Positions 41,644 through 53,564 of a stretch of DNA of 64,000 bases are shown here, one piece after another. The position numbers and the translations under genes are program-made. The notes under the pieces are model-generated. The model searched no databases. It had not been told where the DNA came from and saw only the letters and a program-made list of their open reading frames with translations. The stretch comes from Cycas panzhihuaensis (Eukaryota; Plantae; Cycadophyta), in contig CM041465.1 in the NCBI GenBank assembly GCA_023213395.1, positions 201,569,741-201,633,740 of the forward strand, in the 5' to 3' direction. Position 1 is the first letter of the stretch, and every line of letters begins with the position of its first letter.

Positions 41644-44600
41644 TATTTCCCAAGTCCCTGGAATGGGTTTTTAGCAAATCGACTTGGGTAAGTACAAGTA
41701 TGTTTTTAGCCTTTGCCTTTGTTACTTCTATAGAAAGGTAAACAAAAGCATCATTTTACTACATGGCTGACTGACGCATTCAAGTGATCACCTTACATCT
41801 GTTGCTTGATCATATTGCTTGATACTCTTTCAACCTATGATGATCTGCAAGACATGCATCCCCATGGCACTCCATAACCTTCCTATGCACCTCCATGTTG
41901 TCCTAAGCATCACCCAGCCTGTGTGATCCATTCACATCGCAACTCTTAGCGCCCCGCTAAGTGTAATTGGTACATCTTTATTCCAGTTACCGATTTCTTG
42001 GAAATCCTATTGCCTCAGTACCCCATCTGGTTTAGGTCATCCTCTTCATATGACTGTCTCCAGCAACCTGGACAGAGGGTCGGCCCCTCCTAAGCCTGGG
42101 GTACTCTCTTTTAGGGCTCCCAGGCATCCATTTTTGTCATGTTTTTGTCTTTGTCACTGCACTGCGATAAATGTCACAGTACTGTGGTAAACTTTACGGT
42201 ACCGCGAAGTTTGTTGTGGGGCGACTGTCATTAAACATTTTTAAAAATTTACCGTAGTAAATTTTACTTTTTTCGTGAAATTGCCACGTGGCTTCGACAC
42301 CCCTCGAGTCCTACCCTAACCCTAATCGTCCATTCAACCTAGGGTTAGGTATAAAGCCCAAAAGAACTTCATTTTCCACCTCTTCTTCCATCTACTCTCC
42401 TCTCTTCTTCTTTCACAGGTAGTTTTCTGCAGGAACACCCTGCAACACCTGAGTTCCCTATGCTCCAGCCTGAGATCCGCCCTCTCTAACTTGGATACAT
42501 GGTAGCAGGCTCACCAATAAGCTTCATCAAGCAAGGATTCACTCCAAGTTTCGCCTCCATGCCCTTTTAACAAGTTTCAGTAAGCTTGTTTCCAGGTTTC
42601 ATTGCTCTCCCAAGGATCCACTTGTAAGCACCTTAGATTTGTCATTCCTTGTTATTCTAAGGGGCAGACCTGTCTCTAATCTAGCCCAACAGGTATTATC
42701 TCATGTTTGCTCCATTTTGTTCCTTTTAAACTTTCTTAAAAGAGATTAGATCATTTGGAATATCTTTCCTTTTTCCCATTTTCCAATGCATACACGAGGC
42801 ACTCCCTATGTTTCTTTCATTCTGCCAACATCATCTTCCTGCCCTCTTATGGTTTCCTCAGGGAGGTTGTGGGGAGAGGACCTTAAAGAGTGAGAGAAAG
42901 GAGCTAAGGCGGGCTTCATACCCAACTAGGCCTGCTCCTTAAGGGCAACCCCCTTCTCCTCTTTCTTCTCCTCCACTCGTGCCTTTCTTGGCCTACCAGG
43001 GAGCTTCCGGAAATAGGCCTTCGTTGGATGTCAGTGTACGCAGCCTCTTACTATGTTGTTTCTAGGCCTGAGCGCCTCTTTTGGGCAGCTTTTCCAGCCT
43101 TGAGTAGTGTCTCATATCCACTTTTGGTCTTGGCTTGATCTAGGTTGTGAATTGCTGCACGTAGCAACACTTGCAACATAGATGATATCCACAAACTTCA
43201 TGATATTTGTTTCTTTCATTATCTGCTGCCATTAGCCTGTCCCAACCTACTGTTTTTTGTACTTGAGGCAACGTGGAGGTGCACTTATTGGAGGGTTAGC
43301 CATTCCAAGGCTAACCGTACGCATCCCTTGTCTTGTGTTGTTGGCTTTGAGGAGATCTGGAGTTGTTCTTTGATTGAAAGTTTGTTTGACTTAAAGTGCT
43401 TTAACTTACACTATTCTTAGCATTTTATAGCTATATGTATACATATATTTACTTGGCACTCTAGCAGCCCCTTGGAAAAGGGTAGAAAACCTTTGTGGTT
43501 GTAATTTTATCACTCCATTCATGGGGAAGGATAAATCGCTACAATTTGGGTACATTTCTTTGCTCTCCTTTTCCTTAGTCATTTCAGCTTTTAGCATAGT
43601 TCCTTTTCCTTTGCCTTTTTTGCTTTCTTCCTTTTGCTTTGGGGAAGGTAATGAAGCCCCTACGCTGCCCGTGTGTTGGGAGAAGGAAAAGAAAAAGTGG
43701 GTGTGGCCCAAGATGGTGACTTCGTTTCAGCCGCATCATTTTTCTAGGTACGTCGCATCCCTTTTGTAGATCTTTTCTCTACTTCTCTTTTAAGTTTGCG
43801 TGTTTGCATGATAAAAACATAAAAGGAAAAGATAAAAGGGAACCAAATTGTACCACTCATTTGCATATGCACACTAGCTTACATTCTAGGAAAGAGTACA
43901 AGATAAGGTATATCTCTTCCATCTTTCCGTTCAATTGTATACAACTTGCTAGAATTTGCATCCTTAGAATGCATCTTGTGTGTTAGGTTGGTTTGCCTCT
44001 CTCATCCCCTTTCCCTTTGTTTAAAAGTGAAAAGAGAGCGAGGATTTATATTAGAGAGAAAATGAGAGAAAGTATATCTATTGTCTTTTATACATATACT
44101 TCTTTTATCTCTTGTTTACATACATAACCAATTAGACATCGTTTCACTATTACACATAGAAAGTAGATTCCTTCATACATAGCGCAGTGGGAACTACTTC
44201 TGTTATCATTCTTTGCTCCCATAACACTCACTTTAGGTGGGTTAGTTCAAGGAAAATACATCCTCTAAGACCTCCTCCTTTAACCCTATCATACCCATAC
44301 CAACTTAATAACCTTGACACTCTCTGCTTTGGGTTGGTTTCGTGCGTGAGGTAGTTGCCCAACACCATCCTTATGAACGGGTACCTCCTACCACTCACCT
44401 ACATACATCCTATCCATATTCCTTTATCTTCCACGAGGATTTGCTTCCTCATTGGGCCTTGCCCTTCCCTTCTATCCATCTAAGGGTGAGAAGACCCACA
44501 TTTTGAGGTTACTCAGGAAACTGAGGATATCCCTCACTTGTATTGCCCTAAAACCAAAACTAAGTTACCTAGAGGAAGTTGTCATCATTCGTGGGTCCCG

Positions 44601-44737
44601 AACCTGCGTTCCGATGCACGAATGCCTTGTGTGGGTGTTTCTCTTCATTTGTTGTATCAACCCCTTTACTCTGGAGCCTTCTGTTGACAGTCCCAATCCT
44701 AACCAGGTGTAGTTACCATCCCATAGACATGATTCCA
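41644..44737 (+). repeat. 5' LTR of element B
   Basis: Long direct repeat of 53565-56437, ending GATTCCA. Confidence 0.95.
42283..42360 (+). promoter_or_regulatory. LTR promoter: G-box, telobox-like repeats, TATA box
   Basis: GCCACGTGGC 42283-42292; CCCTAACCCTAA ~42314-42325; TATAAA 42350-42355 followed by a pyrimidine-rich tract. Confidence 0.6.
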
Positions 44738-46090
44738 CCAGCGACCATACTAGGAACCTACTAGTAAGAGAATTAGTCTTTCTCCCTTTCCTGTTGGTGC
44801 TACTACCTCTTGGTAGCTTTCCCTTTGATCTTATTGGGCAGCCCCCAATGCGTATACTACCTTATTTCTCTTTTCTTCCAACATATAGGCAAGACTTACA
44901 TGCGATGATTCTCACGTTGCTTACGAGGCCTACCTTCATTGTTGGAAGAGCCCTCATATGATTCCCTTCCTACATCGGATCCCAATCCAATCATGAAGGC
45001 ATTTCTTTTAGATTGGGCATACCACGCTTATGTGTTCGATTCCCTTGAGCCACCTATTTCCTTCCAAGGGTCCACCCAAGGAAGTAAAGATCCCATCTAT
45101 TATCCGGGTGACCAGCCATACCCCCAATCTCACCATTCCTCTACTCACGGAGTAGAGCCTTTATCTCCTTTAGAGTTTCACCACCACCATGGTGATTCTC
45201 ATGAGGATCATCCTACAGGGACCACTTCGTACAAGGCTCCTTCTACCTCCTACAATTAGGTGGATACCCCTCTCACCGATGTAGTAGAAGCCTTAAGCTA
45301 ATGTTCCCAAGCTGCTTGTCTCCAACCATACCCCAAGTGGTTTGAGAACGTCTTACGAAGTGTTGTGCTCCCTTCTTCTATGTCTCCTTCACCTCGCTCA
45401 TCTCATTCAGCTTCCTTACCCATGATGAGCCTACCTCTCATCTAGTCTTCTTCTCCCCATGGTGTATGTTCCTTGGGGACCACTCAGGGCATGTCATCTT
45501 CTCAACTCGGGTTCAGCATGCCCCTGTCTAGTCAAACGACTAGTCCTCCTCTCGCCATTGTTTATCCACCACCTACTAGACCTAGGGGATCCGCGTGTCC
45601 TCGTATTTCTAGTCACGTGGGGTTTATCCGGACATACTCCCAATACCAACCTAAGGACCCTTCTCTCTACGTACCTCCCGGTCACACTAGTCAACCATGG
45701 AGACACGGTAAAGGGAACTCCCTCCCTGCTTATGTTGTGGATCCTTTGCATCCTTATGGGGTTGCACCACCCACGGGCGGTCCATATGGGAAAAATCCAG
45801 TCCCTCACCCCTCCTTTCTACCATAATGTATGGCACCACACATCGCGCCTTTGCAAGGAGGGCCAACTCCTTCTCAAGGCATATTCCTTCAAGCTCCTTT
45901 TCAACAAAGAGCGTTCTCTCTAGGAGGGTTGGGTTCATCACATCCATCCGCTCCTATGCAGGTTTCTTCGAATGTGGAATTTATGCCTCCTCATTAAGCG
46001 ATAGGAGGACAATATCTGCTTTCGAACCAAACCCTCCAAGGAGGATTTGGGCAAACCTACCTGCCATCATTTCCAGCTTCTGTTGACCTA

Positions 46091-47011
46091 ATGGTCCAGT
46101 CAAGGGCGTGTCCCTTTATGGACTATCAGTCAACCCCCTTATCTATTAAGGCATTAAGAACTAACTTACCACCTCACTCTCTTGAAGTCCCCAAATTCGA
46201 TGGGACTTCGTCGCAGGACCCAGAGGAGCATGTCCGTAGTTTTTCTATAGCATGCATCAATTACTGGGCCTATGACCACATCCTCATGAAACTATTTTCA
46301 TGATCTCTTCAAGGTGATGCCCTCAAGTGGTTTTATCGTCTACTTGCACATTTCATTTTTTCATTCTAACAGCTCATGGATGAGTTCGTCAACTATTTTG
46401 ACATAGCTCATCCATTCGAGAGTGGGATGAAATCCCTTCTATCTCTTAAACAAGGTCACGATGAAATGAATCATGACTTTGTGAGACATTTCCACGACCT
46501 TCTTCATTCCACCAAGGCGACTTTGCTTGAGGAATTGAAAAGGGACCTTTTTGTCAATGCCCTTCGTCCAGAAGTCTACGTAGAAGTCCTCAAAATGTGG
46601 GCAACTATGTGCAACTCTTCCATAGCGAAGTGCTTGGCACTCGAGGCCATTGAGATCCAGGCTGGACTCAAGAAGCCTCTAAAGTCCTCACAACAATGTG
46701 AGGAACCTCCACCACCATGAGAAACCAAAACTCAACAACCCACTAGGTTTTCTTCTCACTCTACTGAGAAGACCCTAGATCCTCTCACTTCAGGTATACG
46801 TTCATTTGAACGCACTATGAAGGAGCTCAATCTCCAAGCTCCTTCATCTCCCACATCTAACAAGCCAGTCTACCAGACTTCCCAAGCTGCTCCTTTTAAG
46901 GGTGGCAACACCCAGTCCTTTCAAGCAAGGAAACATGATTCCTCCCTTGAGAGGAAGTGGTGCTCCATCCATGGGGAGTGCTTCCACAATGATTCACAGT
47001 GTTGGGCCTAG
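46091..47011 (+). pseudogene. Retrotransposon gag of element B
   Basis: VPKFDGTSSQDPEEHV, SLQGDALKWF, LKQGHDE...FVRHF, and Tat-type knuckle WCSIHGECFHNDSQC; stops present. Confidence 0.9.
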
Positions 47012-47703
47012 CATCCTAGGGCTGCCCCACAACGTGACTCTTCCTCTAAACAGGCGATAGGGCCAACCTAAACCAACTCATCCATAGAGACCCCTTCCCC
47101 AAACATGAGGAACATGATCACAACCCCCAACAAAAGAACAACTGGAACCGAGGAAGATCCCCAAACCCTCGCCCTTCACATACTAAAGGGAAGGGTGTGA
47201 GGAATTCATCCTCTTCCTATGGTTCCCCTAATTGACATAACCATTCACCTTCGTAATCCTAGAATAAGGGAAAGAAGGTCATTTAGTTGCTTGAGACTGC
47301 TCCATTGTATGATTTAACTCGGCCTCAAGCAATTAAAGAGGCAAACAACCCCTCTTCTTCCACGCCTCATCCTGATCCTCTTCAGGAGGTCCCTCCTTCA
47401 GAAATCCCTACACTTCCCAAGACTATTCCCATGCACCTTGGCCATTACGATTTTCAAAGGGCGCTTCCCCAACCTACTGCGAAGGGGAAGCCCTTCTCTA
47501 TCATTAACGAGCTTTACATCGTCACTGCGGAGATGTCCTTAATGGATGTCTTGAGAAGCTGTCATGAGCAACGTGCTCTTCTTCTTCAAGCTCTTGGCCA
47601 ACAAGATGCTTCTATCCATGCAGTAGGTGCCACCTCCCATGGACCACCCATCATCTCATTCGATCCCCGAGATCTCCCACCTTCTAGTGAATGAGAGAAA
47701 CTT

Positions 47704-48070
47704 TTGTATTACCCATTTGTCATTTCCATTGACACTCCCAATTTTATCATAAAGAGGACCATTGTAGATAATGGCTCCTCGATTAATGCTATGCCTGTGT
47801 ACATGCTCAAGGAGCTGGGCATAGTAGCTCTTGAGTCTGTCCTTTGGAAATGCCAAGGGTATGATGAGACTGAGAAGTCCCCCTTAGGGACAGTCTCCCT
47901 TTCCCTCACCTTAGGAGGGAAGACCATTTCTGTCGAAGTTGTTGTACTCAATATCGATGTGGAGTACAATCTCTTATTAGGCTGACTATGGCTTGATCAA
48001 ATGGGAGCAATCTACTCCTCGCATTGGGGACAACTTAAATTTGTCCATGAAGGATGAGTTAAAGTTGTCG
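47704..48070 (+). pseudogene. Retroviral-type aspartic protease of element B
   Basis: RTIVDNGSSINAMP...YNLLLG*LWL. Confidence 0.9.
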
Positions 48071-49599
48071 CCTGTGAGTCTATGCCATCTCACACTTCTC
48101 ATCCAGCCTACTAGGCTGTCTTCGATGATGAAGATAGGGTTCTTGAGGAGTCCATCTCTTCCATGGAGCCTCTGTTCCAAGAGACTGACCTTCATCAATC
48201 GAAACCTATGCCTTGTCATGAGCCAAACCTAGTTAGGTTTGCCCCTATTGGTGTAGGTAATTATGGTTACTTAGCCATCATGGGTGATTCTGAATCAGAT
48301 AGCGAGGGTTATGAGCTCCCTCCTCGACGTGTCACCCTAATTTCACGCGCACCTAGAGAGATATCCCGATCAGATATTCCTGCTCATCTTCATTCTACAT
48401 TGGCTCATGAGTCGCTGGTTCCAAACTAGCCTCTTCTTTCACCTTCTTGCCCTCCCCGAGCAGCTTCACATAGGCATCCGCATCAACAAGCCACTCGCAG
48501 AGGTACTTCTTCTTCACACTCTAGATCCTCACCTAGGACCATAGCCACTCCTACTCAGACATGACCTTGCCATACAATCTGTCACGTGGTAGGCCCACTG
48601 CACTCATCAGGTGCTAACCAAAATCATTTTGCTTATAGGCCTAGCCACGTAGGGCCTACCCTTTGCCACCCACCTCCAATTCTATGTGTGACTACCCATA
48701 CCCCTATGTGGGCTAGGCACACTCCCTTCTCTCGTTGTGCTCTGAAATAAGCCTAAACTACCACCCTAGGCATGTCCTCATTCCCACTAGTTACAGGTGG
48801 AATGGTAGCTTAGGGTGGCTTTCTTGCTTTTCTGGGATCCTCCCACAGAACCCCTTGTCGCCCTTTCTGCAGGGGCCCCATCTTCCTAATTAGGTGTGTT
48901 GTCCCTGTCGCTCCTAAGCCTGGAAACATTCCTCAACTAGGATGGTGTGATGGAGTATTGTTACTCCCTTCCCACTAGTGCTTCATTTGCATATCCTGCT
49001 ATGCTCCTATGTGGACATGTATGCTGCCCTATCTCCTAGCTTCACATATGTCCATCGCCATTGTTCATGGTGATCATGTGTGTGCCTACTAGGAATATGG
49101 CCCTGCATGAAAGGAAGTATGTGCAATTCAAACAATCCTCTAACACAAACCATATAATAATCAACTCAAAACATCACGATTAATATCTCCTCGTGCATTT
49201 GTATATCCTCATACATATACACATAAACATACACATAAGAGAAAACATAATATCGTCCATTGTTATGTGTCATCACACAGATCAACATATATCAAATAGG
49301 GTGCCAATGGCCTCATCTATATACATAAAATCATTATGTGTCATATTATACAAATGGTATGGTACATCATCTGCAGGAAGCCGGAATCCTTGTAAGGGGG
49401 AGTACAATCATGTGGCAACATATGGTGACTCCTTGGAGGTCCGATGCTTTCCCAAATCAAAATTGGTGTGTCCTACTCTATTGTGCTACCCTGGTCCTAG
49501 AGCATCATCTCCCACTCTATGTGATCCCTCTCCTAGGGACCACATGCCTCCCAAACTCCTCTTGCACCTTTGGGAGCTCCCTGCCTCACTCCCCTTATC

Positions 49600-51390
49600 C
49601 TAAGGCCTCCTCAGGGTCGTTGTCGTCATGTGGGTATATGTCATGCTCCTCGACGACCTCGACACCATCTAGTCCACCAACTGATCGTATTGTACCTGGA
49701 TACGATCCCTCTCACCCTCCACTCCTCGGAGACGCTCCTCTAGCAATGCTATCCTAATGCGACTCTCTGTATCTCCACCTACTCCTCCCTGAGCCTCTAG
49801 AGCCTAGACCCTACCTTGTAGAGCATCCCTCTTCGATTTGGTCATGTCTAACTCTCCCTGTAGTCATTCCACTTGCGCCTCCTACTCCTGGGACTCCGCT
49901 ACCCACACGTCTCTAGTTCTAACTAACGGGACAAATGCTGCCGTGTGGGCCCCTGCTGACCGTGGCTCCTTTCCTGCCTGGATGGGAGGTTGCCCCTCTA
50001 CGTAGGCCCAGAGGAACATCTCTCAAACTACTACCTCGACTAGCCTCTCATTGTCCATTGCTCCTGCAAAATCCAACATGCCATGTGTTAGTATATATCT
50101 ATTTCTATATCAAACAAACCAAACAAAGCAAAGCAACTAGATATCTAGTGATTGAAAGATGACAGGAAAAGGTAGTATCTCACCTACTAGGACTGTCAGC
50201 TCCCTAACTCAGATGATCACCTTCTCCTTGGGTCCTCCCCCTGCTGCTGGTACCTCCTCCTCCTCTGTTACCACCTCTATGACCGCCTGACCTGCTAGGG
50301 CACCTCCACCTTCCTCTATTGGTGCTATCACTGCTCAGACTCTCACCACTATCCTCAACTTTCAGACTCATATCCGGGGTGCTCCACCTCTCCCTGCAGT
50401 CCCTAAAGGACCCACCTCTCCTCCTGCAGCTCCTGATGGTCCTACCTCTCCTCTCATGCTTCCTCATGGACCTGCCTCACCACCTGTTGCTCTTGATGGG
50501 CTAGCCCCATCACCCCCGTCATCTCCATTGCCATGGGCACCTCCTACTCCTCCTACCTCATCATCACTATCCCACCTCACCCCTCTATATGGAACTGATG
50601 TATAGTCTACTATGGTAGGGAGGTCTAGCGATGTAGCCTCCACTGAATGCCTGATGTGTGCTTGGTCCTTGATTCCCTTGAACCAAGTCTGCCACCTGTG
50701 GACCATGGGAGCCCATGCTAAAATCAGGTGTGGTCCTCCTAGTGGTGCCACTGCCCTAAAATGATCGAAGAACCAATACTATAGCAGCGTGTTGTATGAT
50801 AGTCCTTCTCTTCCGGCCACCTTGGTGGCGTCTAGCTAGGTGATCAAGTTCACTGCTATCAGTGTAGCCTAATCCAACCTCTCCTCGGCCTCACAGTGTC
50901 CATCCACTTGCCGGGTATGTCCCTATAATTCTCTTTTTGAGATATCCAAAATAGAATGTACAATGTAATCAATTTCCTTACACAAGGAATCCTGGACATG
51001 ATCATACTGCATGCAATGACTCTCCTCTCCCTGGTCACGACTGTAAGTAGGTCACCTCCCTGTGTGTAATGTCATTGCTAGGTAATGTGCCCAGCGTCGA
51101 TGACGTTGATGTTCATGTTGTCGATACTCCCAGGATCCTCCTAACGTCTCTCAGTGTGACAGTGATGACTCCCACTTGGGGGAGATAGAATACATGCCTC
51201 CGTCGATCCCAATGTGAGACTATGTCTACTAAGAGGTGCTGGTCAGATGCATACTGTGGCATCCAGATAGCCTTCAATAGGCCACACCTCCCCAACACTC
51301 ATTGGTCTCCTTGAGGCATCATCTCGATAAAGCTGAGCATAACTACTGCTATGTTCTCGTGGTTGTCCACTGCGATAACTGCCTGCAAAA
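49600..51390 (-). pseudogene. Plant Mobile Domain (PMD; MAIN/MAIL-like) gene, antisense in element B, with intron 50064-50183
   Basis: LLVDIVSHWDRRRHVFYLPQVGVITVTLRDVRRILGV matches the PMD N-terminal motif (ERW..THTFHLP.GE.TITL.DV..LG). The later DWATLIAVNL and LL*YWFFDHF match the PMD WG..L..LY and LLQ.W..EHF motifs. A low-complexity tail follows. Ends are approximate. Confidence 0.8.
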
Positions 51391-52641
51391 CACCCAAGAA
51401 ACCAGTCAAAATCCATCTAAACCTACCTGTCTACCTTTAGGACTACCCCTCATTCCTCTCCAATTGAGGTTTGGCTCCCCTTCGGGCCATCTTTTATCTT
51501 TTTCAGTTTATCTACTTTTACACTGTGCTAAACTTTGTGGTACCGCAGAGTTTAGTATGGGGCCCGCTGAAATTTTAGAACAATCTCAACAGCCCCACGA
51601 CAAAGATTGTGGCATTGTAATCTTTGTTGCAGTGCCAACGTCACCCCCACAATATGGGGGCTTTCCTGCCTAAAAAAATAATTTTTTTTGTCTAAGCGGT
51701 CCATGCTCTAGCTCACCAGGACCAAGGCTACCTAATGCCCCGGTCCCCCCCCCCTCCCTCACTGGGTCCAATTCAGACTCTAGGAGATCGTCATTTACCC
51801 TTAAAGGGCTAAAAACTATACAAAAAAATAGTAAAAAGTCATTAAATTTAAAAGACTAGATGGGTTAGGGAATGGGTGATCCACTCACCAGATTTGGCCT
51901 TGCCACTGCCATCTTGTCTCTCCGGTCTCACTAGATGTCTCTGTGTCCCAATCTGGCATTCTAATCTCTCCCTGCATGCCTCTGAAGTCAAGCGATGCTT
52001 CGCTACATAAGGAGAAGTCTTTGAATCGATTATGAGCCCATGAAAATAAATTCCATTTTCGTCAAATTTTCCTTATATAAGCAGGGCCCCCGACGGGCAT
52101 CTCTTCCGCTTCTCTTGCCGCGACAATCTTTGGGACCATTTCTCTTCCTTGATCATCTTTTCCTTCTAGGTCTATCTTCCATTTCACCTCCGTGGCCTTC
52201 TTTTTTCCTGACCCTCTAGGTGCATTTATGGCACCCCCCTTTTTTGGCCTTGCGAGGTCCCTTCTGCCTTATTTTATGTGCCACCTCTATATATACTCGA
52301 GTTTATACTCATTTGGCTCATTTCGCCATCCCAAACCTATTTTCACTGCTCGTTCCTACCTTTGGGGCTCCCAAAAGAAGTGTTCCCCCCACTTAGGATG
52401 TGCTTCACTTCCTTAAGCAACCTTTAGCACTCCGAGAGGGGCCTTTTCACCACCAGTTCTTTCCCGTCCACCGGATAGTCCTCTTCGCCCTTGGGTAGCC
52501 TCATCTCTAGGTCTTCTTACCCTTCGCGGCCCTTATTGACAGCCACTCGAGTCCTTTATGACTGTTTCATATCATTAAGTCCTCTTCACTCAACGATCTT
52601 GTCAGTACTTTCTCTCTACCGAGACCTCCATTCCTTTTGTC

Positions 52642-53064
52642 ATGGTGTTACTCATTTTCACCGATGGCAGAAGCCGCGGCAACCCAAGCCCTTTCGCCAC
52701 TACGTGGATTCTCCATGGCCCTTCTGGATACAACTTCATGCATTCTGAGATCTTCCTTCCTGAGGCCACCAATAACGAAGCTGAGTACATAGCTGTTATT
52801 GAGGCCATTACCGATGCACTCTACTTCCACCATGGACCCATCGTTCTCCTTTACAACTCTTAGATTGTTGTGTCCCATCTCATCCATGTCTACCAGGTGC
52901 GGTGCCTATGCCTGAGAGCCCTTGCTTTGACTGCCATGTCCCTGTTAGCTTGTTTTTCATTCGTTGACATTCAACACATCCCTTGGGCTCTCAACGTTGA
53001 GATGGACAACTTGGTTCATATCGTCCTTAAGTGTTGTCTTCCTATCCTTAGTAACCCACCTTGA
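52642..53064 (+). pseudogene. Stand-alone archaeal-type RNase HI (aRH) of element B
   Basis: FTDGRSRGNP...ATNNEAEYIAVI...YNS*IVV...HIPWALNVEMDNL: classic aRH motifs with one in-frame stop at ~52861. Confidence 0.9.
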
Positions 53065-53564
53065 GAGACTTGTCTAGTCGCCCATGCACCCAAGTCTCAC
53101 GTCATCTTACACTTCACATCATGATCCATTCACACATCTAAAAACTGGCCGCTAATAAGGTTAAACTATGGCATCCACCAGGTTTGTTTTCTTCACTTTA
53201 CTCTTTGCATATTAGCACATAACTCTCATTATTCTTGACTGGTATTTGTACATAGCACTTTGTCCATGACATCTATCTTTTCTCATGCGTGATCCTCACC
53301 ACCATTTCATTATGCTCTTACGATGGGGGCATCCCCCTCATCCGCTATCATTGCCTGTTATCTATACGGCGATACATAGGCAACCCCTATGTTGTCTCAC
53401 CCTTGCCTGTACACCCACATGTTCTGCTATGACACTCATCGTTGCCCTTCGCTTGCACGATTGTTATGATTATTTGTATATATATGTGCTACTAACATTG
53501 TGTTGCCAGCATTCGATGTCACATTACGTCTCCAAGATGCAAGGCTTTACTGCCAAGGGGGCAG

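Noticed and set aside
49600-51390. Calling the PMD ORF a host MAIN/MAIL gene
   Set aside because: It lies inside LTR elements at the same position in two copies and is disrupted, so it is TE-borne; no gene symbol assigned
51383-51427. Possible first intron of the PMD gene
   Set aside because: An acceptor is plausible, but the intron would be only ~45 bp and the sites are not clearly conserved in element C
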